Source: a virus
Strand: one strand, 5' to 3'
IMG/VR virus record: IMGVR_UViG_3300026488_000021
Span: 1 to 64,000 of that record
DNA length: 64,000 nucleotides
Shown: positions 51,037-61,453 of the stretch, in pieces
Position numbering within the stretch: position 1 is the first letter of the stretch
How the letters are laid out: each line of letters begins with the position of its first letter
The notes under the pieces: model-generated
Told to the model about the DNA's origin: nothing
The model's database searches: none
What the model saw: only the letters and a program-made list of their open reading frames with translations
Program-made: the position numbers and the translations under genes

Positions 51037-51339
51037 CTAACTTCCCGCTCGTCTGCAAGGCACGCACATACCTGCTTTTCGAGCTGCTAAGTCCTGGGCT
51101 TCTTCATAATTAGAAGCCCGAATTAAATCGTTCAGTTGTAGCACACCTTGGTGATAAGCTACAACATGATATGGACGCAAGATTTCTGCGTCCATAAACT
51201 TTTTAGCAAATTCAACAGCTTCCTCATAGCTGTTGAATTCTTTTTCAAAGTCAGCAACCCTTCCTGATGGGTTGTTATTATCCTCAAAGTAAGGGTCGTA
51301 AGTATAGACCCTTACTTTATATTTTTTAAATTCTTTCAT
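51037..51339 (-). CDS. First gene of the early arm, hypothetical
   Basis: Track ORF of 100 aa with a repeated F/A.S.YEEA motif; contains three CGA/CGG codons. Confidence 0.65.
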   Translation of the reverse strand: MKEFKKYKVRVYTYDPYFEDNNNPSGRVADFEKEFNSYEEAVEFAKKFMDAEILRPYHVVAYHQGVLQLNDLIRASNYEEAQDLAARKAGMCVPCRRAGS

Positions 51340-51360
51340 TTTTTTATTTTTAAAGAATAA

Positions 51361-51950
51361 AATATAAAAACACGATAAGTCGTGCTTTTATATTTGCGGT
51401 CGACTATATTTTTTTCTGGAGCCTCGACCGCAAGGCTCAACAGGAGTCTTTTTTGTTTAACCGGTGTTTCCCCTCACCGGTAAAACCACCCGTGTAAATA
51501 TATTTAATCCAAGAGGCGAGCCAGGCGGTGCTTTGAACTCGCCCCTTGTTGAATTTAGTTTTTATCCTATCTCGAGCTATAACCAGTAGGCAACTACTCC
51601 TACTGGAAACGCTCGACCACTCGCCCCGTCGGTCCGTTGCTCGTCCACACCAACCAAGCGTAAGCTACGCTACACGCCCAGCCGGTGCTTCATCCAAGCT
51701 GTCCCCCGCTTCGGGGCGGTGGATGCGGAGCCGGAGCCCCGCTAATGTTAAATATCTACCCTTTTAACTGATAAGCAAGGGGTAGGACCAGCCGTCCTTG
51801 CTTACCAGCCCAGCCCAGGAATTGAAACCTATAGGCTGGTAGCAGGTTTTAGCCCCTGCTAGGGCTTTATAAGTATTACGGCTTAATACCGTAACACTAT
51901 CAAGGAACTTCGTTTTAGCCCCTCCGTCGGGGTATCCGTTCCCTGATGCT
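51361..51950 (-). ncRNA. Putative large structured ncRNA or 5' leader (~590 nt) with serial pseudoknots
   Basis: GC-rich island composed almost entirely of stems; the stem mismatches examined become G-U pairs on the minus strand; promoter upstream and U-rich hairpin at the 3' end. Confidence 0.72.
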
Positions 51951-51956
51951 GTTAGT

Positions 51957-52005
51957 AGTATAATCATTTTTTTAAAATTTTCAAGACTTTTTTAAAAAAA
52001 TGATT
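51957..52005 (-). promoter_or_regulatory. Promoter TTGAAA-16-TATACT with a 16-bp perfect inverted repeat flanking its -35 box
   Basis: -35 at 51984-51979, -10 at 51962-51957; AATCATTTTTTTAAAA (51962-51977) / TTTTAAAAAAATGATT (51990-52005). Confidence 0.65.
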
Positions 52006-52256
52006 TAGATTGTATAGAAGGAGTTTTAATAAAAGCCTTATTGAAGCTGGTTTTTAGGTGTTATACAATGTAAAAAAAATAAAAATTAAATTATAGGTAT
52101 GTAAAAAAAATAATGAAATATGTTTCATAATGCGTAAAATTTTGAAATTATAAATTTTTATAGGTATAAAAAAAAAAAATAAAATTTTACATTGTATAGT
52201 GGTTTAAACCCTAGTATATATGGGGTTTCTCAAAGATGGGGTCTATACAATCTAAA
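52004..52256. repeat. Two inverted copies of a composite 72-bp site flanking a 109-bp AT-rich spacer
   Basis: TTTAGATTGTATAGA-N13-AAA(G/C)CC-N11-GG(T/G)TTT-N7-TATACAATGTAAAA at 52004-52075 and inverted at 52185-52256. Confidence 0.85.
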
Positions 52257-52885
52257 CGTTTTTGTGTAAAAGAGAATTGAAAGATTTAAAAGGTTATTAT
52301 AGAGACACTAGATGTATAATAAGTAATTAGACATACTTAAAATAAAAAAGTAAGATAAAAAAGGATTGAAAAAGTTAAAAAGAGAGTTTGAATTTTTTTG
52401 ATTTTTTAAAAAATTTTTCTTCATCTATTAGTTTAGTTTACATAAAATATAATTTATGTAAAGTAGACCGGGGGGGTGCGGGGGGGGTGGCGCGCACCGC
52501 ACAGGACGCGTGTAAAGCAGACCGCAGGTTAAACCTAGAATGTAGGGCTAAGGTCTGAAAAGTATAGGAAGAAACTTTGTGAAATTGAAAATCTCGCAAG
52601 TTTGATGTGCTGTAAGGTGTATCTATCGTCAGCAACCAAAAAACTTTAAAATTTGAAAAAATCGTAATGAAAGTATGCGGGGTTTCGGCGTCAATTTTAC
52701 CCTAAAATTTTGTAGGGCTAGCTTGTCTACCCCAAGCCTTACCCAACCGTTGTGTCGCTGCGCCGCTTCTTTGTTGTCTTCATTGTTTTCTTTCCGCTTG
52801 TTTGTCCGCTAATAATACAGCTTTCCTCTTCTTTCTTCGGGGGCGCCCCTCCCCAAGGTACTTCTTTTTTGTAGGGCTTATCCAA

Positions 52886-52948
52886 TTCCCTCCTAAAAAC
52901 CTTCCGATTAAACAACCTTCCCTCCCAAACCTCCGATTAAACAACCTT
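52886..52948 (+). repeat. Imperfect ~30-nt tandem duplication
   Basis: TCCGATTAAACAACCTT at 52903 and 52932, each preceded by TTCCCTCC. Confidence 0.8.
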
Positions 52949-53185
52949 AAACCTACTAATTAAGGATTTAAACCTCTAACTTAAAACCTAAACTTACACT
53001 TACTAATTTAAATAAACTTACTAACATTACTAACTTAATCATTTTAGTATATAAACAATTTTAACTAAATACTAACAAACTCAATTTAATAAAATAAGTA
53101 AAAATACTAAGAATATTATTTTAATCAGAATATTCTTTTACTAAGAATAGTAAAACTCAAATTATACTAAAAAGCTAAGATAATC

Positions 53186-53213
53186 TTGAAACTAAACTGA
53201 ATATAATTATAAT
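53186..53213 (+). promoter_or_regulatory. sigma70-like promoter TTGAAA-16-TATAAT for module 2
   Basis: Near-consensus hexamers upstream of ATG 53248. Confidence 0.6.
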
Positions 53214-53247
53214 GTTAGTATATTTATAATTTAAGTAAATTACTAAA

Positions 53248-53796
53248 ATGAGAATTCAAGCAAAGACAACAGATAATATTTTGATTGAATTGAGTAAAGC
53301 ATTTGGTTGAACAAAATGATTAGAATACTATATTGAGTATTTAAAGAAATGAACAACAGGGAGTGAGGTAGCTGATATGTACTTGGAGAGCAAATGATTA
53401 ACAAAAGGGAACACTAGTGTTTTATCAGAAGAAAAGTTAAAAGAACAAATAAAGAAGGAATACGAAGAGAAAATGAGGAAACTTGAAGAGCAAGATGAGG
53501 AGATTATAGAGAGGTTGGAGTGAGAGATTAGTAGATTACAAGAGAAGATTGAGTATTTAGAAAAAGCTGAACCTGCTTATGATTGTGATAAAGTTATAAT
53601 ATCATTAGCTAATAAATTAAGACAAGCTTATAATTATGCTGTTAGGTTATCAGATAATAAAGAGGATTGAAGTAGATATGAAAGAGATGCTAGGCTGTTG
53701 AAGAAGGAATTTGAGAAGAAATTTTGAGTGGATATAGAGAATTATGACGAACCGATCGAGGAATTAGTAAAAAATTTTAAAGAGTTAAATAAGTAA
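53248..53796 (+). CDS. Coiled-coil protein upstream of TerL (possible TerS)
   Basis: 182-aa open frame; function inferred from position only. Confidence 0.5.
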
Positions 53797-53797
53797 T

Positions 53798-56700
53798 ATG
53801 TTAGCATTAAAACTACACGATTTAAAAAACTGAGTAATTTACCATCCACATCCTTTAAAGAACCCGTTAGCTTGGGACAAGGAGGATTTTGTATTTTATG
53901 ATAAGAGAGTTGATAAATTACTAAAATGGAAGTTAAGATATCTTTATAATAATTGAAATCCTAAGATTGTAAAGAAAGAAATAGAAATATTAAATACTAC
54001 GTATACATTGGAAGAGTTAGAAGTTCCTAAAAACATTCCTGAAGATATAAAAGTTATTTTACAAGAGTTTGAAGACACAAAAAAAGAGTATATAGCAGAT
54101 GCTGTTAAAAAAAAACTATATGGAGATTTAGAATATACAATAGCGGTTGAACTTCTTATTAGTGAGAAAAAATGAATTAAATTAGAAAATGTTGATAAAA
54201 ATAATTTGGAATATTTGTTTTCGCTACCGTTTAAAACTTTTTATAAGCAAGCTAAAAGATTGATTGATAGATGAGAAATTACTAATACAGATTTAGATAA
54301 TATTGTTATTAAAAAAACATCTAAATATTATTATAATCCTAAACTACCAGTCCCTTATATACCACTATTAGCAAGAGAACATGTTTACACACCAGATTGA
54401 AATCCTTGGAATCCGAAACTTGGTCAGATATATTATTTGTATCATGAAGTTGAAAATACGGTTAACTTATTATTATCAAAAAGACAATATGGTAAAGGAG
54501 GGTATGTATCATTAAAATGATTTCAATATAGAATGGCTGATTGAACATTTAAAAAGGCTAAGGATATAAAAGTCTGAGATAAGTTATTAGCTTCTGATAA
54601 AAGGTGATATACTAACGTAGTTGGCATATCTCTCACAAAAGAACCTGTTTATAAAATTACTCTTTCTAACTGAGCTTATTATTATGCTACTACAGAACAT
54701 CAACATGTAACTGCTGAGAATTATAAAAATTGAAAGTTTGTTTGACCTTATAAAAATACAGTTGAACTTCAAAAATGAGACTTTATACCTTATATGCATA
54801 ATATAGAGATTAAGTGAAAACATGAGAATATTTATAAAATGAAATTATTGTGATATTGGTTGTGAGATTGAACAGTTGCTAGTGATAGTTATGTAAACAC
54901 AATGTCTTTAGAAATTAGTTGCTGAACTAATCAAGCTTATATAGATAAGCTTATTCAATATGCTAAATATTTGTGATTAAAAGCAAGAGTGGAGTTAGAT
55001 ACTAGAAAACAAAATCATTGTGTACATATATACTGATTTGATAATATGAAAGATATTTATAAAAATAAAAGTTGAACTAAATATATTCCTAATTTTGTGT
55101 TTGGATTAGATAAAGAATGAAAGCGAGCTGTGATAGAATGATTATTATGAAGTGATTGATATATACAGATAAAACACAACTGAGTTGTTACAATAGAGTA
55201 CTGTAGTAAATCTGAAGAACTTATTAGAGGATTGCAAATATTGTTAGCAGATGTTTGAGTGTTGTCAAATATTAAAAGCAGATTTATGAAAACGAATTTT
55301 AATAAACATAAATGATGAGATACCTATTGGTATTTGTATATTACAGATAGACAAAGTGTTTTAGATATATTTGAACACACAAATCTTGATCACAAGCTTA
55401 ATTATGAAGATGCTTATAATATTATTACAACAAACACTAAATTATCCAATTCTAAACATTCTATAATTCCTATGATTGCAAAAGAAGAACAGAAACAAGT
55501 AATATCGTGGGAAGAAAAAGTTAGATTAGGAATTAGAAATATTCAGTATAATTTCCAAAGACGGAAAGCTCCTTACTACTGATTAGAACACTGGTTAAAA
55601 TATCATTGGGTTAGAGTAGAAAGTATTGAAAAGATAGGAGAGGAAGAAGTTATACATATACAAGTGGATTGAGATAATTTGTTATGGACAGGATGAGTTT
55701 TAACACATAATTCACTTCTTACTACCTTAATTGCATTTCAGCATTTAATGATGGATTGAGAGAATTCTATACTATATTTGGTTGAGGCTGAAAATAAAAT
55801 ACTTCCAATCATGCAATATTTTGAAAGAGGTTTAAAGAAATATAAGCAGGCTTGAATTTTTTCTATGTCAAAAAATGATTATACTATAACTTGTAAAATA
55901 ACTGGTAATGTATTAAAGTTTATGTCAGCATGAAGTAGGACTGGTGTTAAAGGATATTCTTTTAAAAAGGTAATAATTGATGAAGCTGATTACATAAGTG
56001 ACGATGTATTCTTTTCTTTAATTCCAATATTTAATAAACCTGGTGGTAAATTTTATGCGGTATCAACAGTAGCGTTTGATGTTAAATGAGGTTCAACTTG
56101 GTTTTATGATTTGGCTAAAGATATAGAACTAGGATTAAATAAAATGATTTGAGACATTCCATCACAAGCACTAACAATCACTCTGTATGAAGATGAGTGA
56201 GTTACAAAGCAACAATTACAGATGTTTGAGATAATCCGTAAAAGAGATCCAGATCGTTTTTTGTGAGATTACATGTGTATTAGGTGAGATCAAGATACAT
56301 TGTGGGATAAAAATAAATTGATTAGCCCTATTAGTTCAGATGAATATAAAAAGAAGAATGTAATAAATGTCTTAATTTCTCTGGATCCAGCTAAAAAATA
56401 TGACTATGGTGGATTGGTTGTTAGTTATATTATTGAAGAAGACTGAAAAAATTATATAGTTCCAGTAGTAGCTGATGAGTTAGAAAAGATGGAATATTAT
56501 CAACAAATAGAGATTGTTAAAAAATATGTAGATTTGGCTTTAATAAATCAATTCCCAGTTAATGTTATTATAGACGAAACTGGTGTTTGAGCTGCTGTAT
56601 CAGAAATGTTAAAGCAACAAATACCAAATGCACACTTAATTAAATTGATGTATACCGCAGGGAATAATATTACAGAAAAAAATGGAGCTATTTATGTTCC

Positions 56701-57004
56701 TAAGAAAGAATTAGTTGATACATTATCAACACTTGCATCAGAATGAGAGGTTAAAATTCCGTATGATTTAAAGAATTTGATAGAACAGCTTGATACTTAT
56801 AGGTATGTAAATGGGAAATACGAAGCTATTACTTGACATGATGATGTGATAGAAAGTTTTTTGAATACAACATTTATTTATAATTATAAACTAAAAAAAC
56901 ACTTGAAATTATTTTGAACATCTGTAAACTGACAAACAGATGATATCATAACAATACCTCCGCCTAGTCAAACTAGACAAAGATTAAGAAAGTTTCTTTA
57001 TTAA
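53798..57004 (+). CDS. terL: Terminase large subunit (module 2), intein-containing, long N-terminal extension
   Basis: Walker A KRQYGK|...|S split by the intein, Walker B VIIDEA, AVST motif, nuclease SLDPAKKYD, IDETGVG, GHDD; 1068 aa precursor. Confidence 0.88.
54497..55711 (+). mobile_element. Intein with LAGLIDADG homing endonuclease (~405 aa) in the TerL Walker A motif
   Basis: MADG.FKKAKDIKVGDKL (block A), ATTEH (block B), LLGYWLGDG and IEGLLGSDG (LAGLIDADG), VLTHN|S C-terminal junction. Confidence 0.88.
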
Positions 57005-57017
57005 ATAAACCATCGCG

Positions 57018-58868
57018 ATGGAATTTAAAGATTTACAAAATGTAGTTAGTTATTACGAAGAAAGTATATTCCCGGCTTTCTTGGATTATTATAAAAAATA
57101 CTATTGAGACTTATCAGAAAGAAAACAATATATAAAAGACTGGCAAGCTAATGAGCCGGCTAAAATTCTGGCTAGAATAGTTGATACTTTTTGGTCGAGA
57201 ATATACGATAATCAATTTAGATTTTATGTTTCGCCTAATAGACAAAAAGATGTTCAAACAGCGAAAGCAGTACAGAATCTGTTAGTTTGGGCTATACAAG
57301 TTTCAAATTTGAAACGTAAATTTTTTAATTCTGCTAAGGATGCTTTAATTACTTGAGAAGGATACGGTAGGGTTAAATATACAATTAAAAAAGATAAGGT
57401 TTCATATTTTAATCCTAAATCTGGTAAGAAAGAATTTTATATTAAGAATGTAGAATACCCTGATTACGTGTATATTTCACCATTTAACATTATGGTGGAT
57501 CCAACAGCACAAGGATTCGAAAGCGCTAGATATGTAGTTGCTAGAAGACTGATGACTGAGGATCAAATTAAAAAAGAATATTCTGTTCTTACTGGTGAGA
57601 TTAAATGATTAGAAAAACTGAAAGACGAGGAGGTTGCTCAATATTTGTATACAACAGATTGGTTAGCTTTAAAAAACCAAGCTTTATATAATTCGTCTGT
57701 ATCTGATCCTGTAACTGACGACACAGTGCAATTTGATCCAAATAAATATTTTGAAGTTATAGAATATTGGGAGGCAGATAGGCTTATAATTTGGGTAAAT
57801 TGATATAAAATTTATGATTGAGAAAATCCATTACCAATTAAGACATTACCATTTATTCAAATAACTTATAATCAAGAACCTTGAACTCCTAGGTGAATTG
57901 GGTTATGATTTCAATTAAAACATATAGAGGAAGTTTGAACTGCTGTAATAAATGCATTTCTAGATGATATGAAATTAAAAACTACACCAGTCTATAAGAA
58001 AAGAATTTGATTAAATACAATTAAGTGATTAAATACTGAGCTAGATATTGAACCAGGTATGACAATTCCAGTAGAAGATCCAAATGATTTGTTAGTTATG
58101 GAACTTGGTAGACTTAATTATGATTTACAAAATATGTACCAGTTCTTATTAAATGAAGCTATGATGATAGCTGGTGTGAATGATATTGTAATGTGATGAC
58201 CTTTAATGAAAGTTGATAGAAGTGCTACAAGTTCAGCGGGTAGAATAGAAAGTTTTAAAGCTAGAACTTTAAACTTTTTTGATAGTATAAACCAATCTTT
58301 ATGAAAGATTGCTGAACTATGGCTAGGTATGATTATAGCTTATAATCAAGGTAAGAAATTTGAATATAAAATATTTGATGAACAACAAAAGAAAACTATT
58401 TTTCAGAATATAAAACTTGAAGATATAGAATGACAATTTGATGTTATATTTGATACACAGCAATTAAAATCAGCGATGAGAGATGTAGCTTTACAAAAGA
58501 AACTAAACTTCTTGCAAGTTGCTGCTCAGTTAGCAGTTGATCCAGTTACACAACAACCAATTGTTAACTTAAAGAAATTGGTTGAGAAAATTTGATACGA
58601 TTTGGACCTACCTGATGTATTGTATGAAAATAAAGAAGAACCTAAAAGAAAAACTAAGTTACAACAACCTATACAAAATCAAGAAAAACCACAGGTACAG
58701 GAACAACCACAGTCACAACCACAACAAGAAAATACAGAACAGTTAGTTAATCAACTTATAAATGCTGTTAATGAATGAGTAGAAGAACCAGTTGAGAATC
58801 CAAATCCAGAGGATGCTCAGATACAACAACAATTGTTAGCTACTGCTTTAAATGCTAATGCTTGATAA
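57018..58868 (+). CDS. Portal protein, podovirus (P22/SU10-like) type (module 2)
   Basis: 616 aa after TerL; DALITGEGYG, ISPFNIMVDP, EVIEYW, LPFI...PRGIG, SAT; Q/E-rich tail. Confidence 0.82.
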
Positions 58869-59083
58869 TGTTATTTAAAGATATACAAATTAAATTTGAG
58901 ATTGAACCTACGAATCTAGAACAATATGTAAATCAAGAATGTTTTGATGAATTTGTAAAGTTTGTAAGGAATTATATGATAGATAAAATTAATAAATCTG
59001 AATATGAAAAAGCGGATGTCGCAAAAGAAATTCTATCTACACTTTATTATTTAAAGTGAAAAAAGTCTTGACTTTCTATTTAG
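58868..59083 (+). CDS. Small hypothetical protein
   Basis: Coupled to the portal stop; extended through TGA. Confidence 0.5.
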
Positions 59084-59137
59084 TTTTTTTATAACCCTTA
59101 ATGATAAGGGCTTTTTATTATATTAGGGATATTACAA

Positions 59138-60007
59138 ATGGTTAAAATTAAAGATATGGAACAAATGTTTGATATTGAAAACGAACAAACTAAGGAACCA
59201 ACAATTGAACCTGAAACAGTAGAAGAAGCAGAAGATATGGAAGATGAGAAATTAATAAATGCAATGTTTGGTTTAGAAGAAGAACCTGAGGTAGAAGAAG
59301 ATAATAATGTAGAAGAAGAGAATAATAATGTAGAAGAAAAAAATAACAATATAGAAGAGGAACCTACTGTGGAGAATGTTCAAAAAGAAGATAATGAAGA
59401 ATCAGAATTAAATACTAACGAAGGGCAAGAGCAAGGGGGAACAGAAGAAGAAAAACCAGTTGAGAATTTGATTGAAGATTTACTTTCTGACGCAGAGAAA
59501 ATTGGTGGTGAAGAAGTAGATGCAGCTGCACAAGAAGTTCAAGATGCGATTGATGAGGGCGCGCCACAAGACGAAATCTTACAGAAGTTAGCTGAGCTTG
59601 AAGAAGCTTTGGCTAACGAGACTTTAACAAATGAAACTTTATCTAAGGAAAAAGAACAACTTATTCAGAGAATATCTGAATTGCAAGACAAACTTGCAGA
59701 ATACGAAATGAAAAGCTATGAGTATGGAACAATTGAAAAAGCTTTGGAGGAAGATCCAAGTTTAAAATGATTTGTAAAGATTTTAGCTTATTATAAGCTA
59801 GATCCAAATAAAGTTGGGAAGGAGAGATTAATTTCAGCTCTTGATAATCTAACTCAATCTGAGTTCGGAGTTTCTATTAAATCTCTTCTTGACCAAAAAG
59901 CGAAAGAAGAAAATAAGAAAATGACTATGGGAGAAGAAAAAACTCCTATTGAAATAAATGTGTCAACTGACACAGAAAATCCTATTGAGGATATGTTTGA
60001 TATTTAA
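59138..60007 (+). CDS. Capsid scaffolding protein (module 2)
   Basis: Very acidic, coiled coil, precedes the capsid gene; internal VEE(E)NNN repeats at ~59290-59360. Confidence 0.72.
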
Positions 60008-60029
60008 TTTATTTGGTAAATAATTAAAA

Positions 60030-61358
60030 ATGGCTAACTTATTGACAAAACTACAAGATAAACAAGGTATTGGTTTGTATTCACAATTGATTGCAAAACA
60101 AAGAAGTCCGTTTATGTCTGATATACTATTTGGACAAGATATTAACGATCCGTCTTCTACATTGTCTTTTAAAGGGATTTTATTACAAAAGACAACAACA
60201 AAAGACGGTAAATCAGTAGAATGGAGATTGATTTCAGCTAATGAGGATTATTCTACTCTTGCTGCAAATGCTGCTGCTGGTGCTACATCTATTGATGTAG
60301 TTGATGCTACTCCATTCTCAATTGGTGATGATATTGAAGTTGGAACAGGTACTGCAAATGCAGAAAGAAAATATGTTACTGCTATTACTGGTAATACATT
60401 AACATTGGATTCTGCATTAGCTAATGATCATTCTGCTGGTGATCAAGTATTGTCTATAACACACGCAAAAGGTGTTGGTGAAGTAGCAGATAAAGGACAA
60501 GGTGTATGGACAGATGATACAGAATCAAACTTCTTCCAAACATTTGATGCTGTACTGGAAGTAACAAAGGATGAATTAAATGCTCATATTATGGCTGGTT
60601 CTGGTGCTTTTAATATTTCTATGAAACAAGCACTAAGTCAAAAACAAATTGATGCTGGTATTGATAATTATTTAAAATTGGAATTTATTAGAGTATTTGG
60701 TTATGATATTCTTAGAAGTGTAGAAAATGCATTCTGGAGTGGTAGAAAAGCTGAAATAAATGTTGGTGGTAAATTAAGAAGATTTACTGGTGGTTTTGAA
60801 GAATATAAAACAACTGATGAAACAATTGATGCTTCTACTTTGACAGATAAGGAATTGTTTGATAAAATTGTTTCTCACATTTATGATGTAGAAAACTTAG
60901 CATCATCAATTAATGCTAACGAAGTTGTAGTTGTATGCAATAATGCGTTCTTCAAAAAATTCTTGACATTACAACCATCTGGTATTGCATTACCTGAAAA
61001 ACCAACAAAAGATGGTTATAGATTAACAGAAATTATGTTAGGAAACAAAACATATCAAGTATATTACTCTCCTGCTTTGGATAAATTAACAGCTAATAAT
61101 CCAACAGTTGGTAGATTGTATGTATTCCCAAAAGATACAATTGCTGCTAAAACAAGAGAATATACAGATGTAGATGCTAAACAATTGAAGGCTGTTAAGG
61201 GTGGTCCAGATATTAAAGTTACATATGATCCAACTGCTCAAGCTGCTGGTGATGTATGGAGATTCTACTTTATGTATGAAGTTGCATTCATCTTTGGTGC
61301 ATATACACCAAATAAGGCATTGGATGTTTATAGAAAAATTACAGTTACAAATATCTAA
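60030..61358 (+). CDS. Major capsid protein (module 2), DUF5309/SU10-like with inserted beta domain
   Basis: 442 aa; VEW, SNFFQTF, VENAFWSG, RFTGG; follows the scaffold gene and has its own terminator. Confidence 0.85.
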   Translation: MANLLTKLQDKQGIGLYSQLIAKQRSPFMSDILFGQDINDPSSTLSFKGILLQKTTTKDGKSVEWRLISANEDYSTLAANAAAGATSIDVVDATPFSIGDDIEVGTGTANAERKYVTAITGNTLTLDSALANDHSAGDQVLSITHAKGVGEVADKGQGVWTDDTESNFFQTFDAVLEVTKDELNAHIMAGSGAFNISMKQALSQKQIDAGIDNYLKLEFIRVFGYDILRSVENAFWSGRKAEINVGGKLRRFTGGFEEYKTTDETIDASTLTDKELFDKIVSHIYDVENLASSINANEVVVVCNNAFFKKFLTLQPSGIALPEKPTKDGYRLTEIMLGNKTYQVYYSPALDKLTANNPTVGRLYVFPKDTIAAKTREYTDVDAKQLKAVKGGPDIKVTYDPTAQAAGDVWRFYFMYEVAFIFGAYTPNKALDVYRKITVTNI

Positions 61359-61364
61359 TTATAG

Positions 61365-61391
61365 AATACAGCCTAACCGGCTGTATTTTTT
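61365..61391 (+). terminator. Intrinsic terminator after capsid 2
   Basis: AATACAGCC-TAACC-GGCTGTATT followed by a T run. Confidence 0.8.
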
Positions 61392-61453
61392 CTATTGAAA
61401 AAAATATTTATTTCTTTACTGTAATAGGTAGGTTTATAATTTATTAACAAATT

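Noticed and set aside
51361-51950. tmRNA, RNase P or group I/II intron identity for the large RNA
   Set aside because: No tRNA-like acceptor/T-arm ending in CCA, no recognisable P4 or catalytic-core consensus by eye, and no interrupted gene. An Rfam search is still needed.
51546-51967. Track ORFs 51546-51767 (+) and 51764-51967 (-) as proteins
   Set aside because: Composition unlike the phage's genes; open frames are expected in a GC-rich island; the region is better explained by RNA base-pairing.
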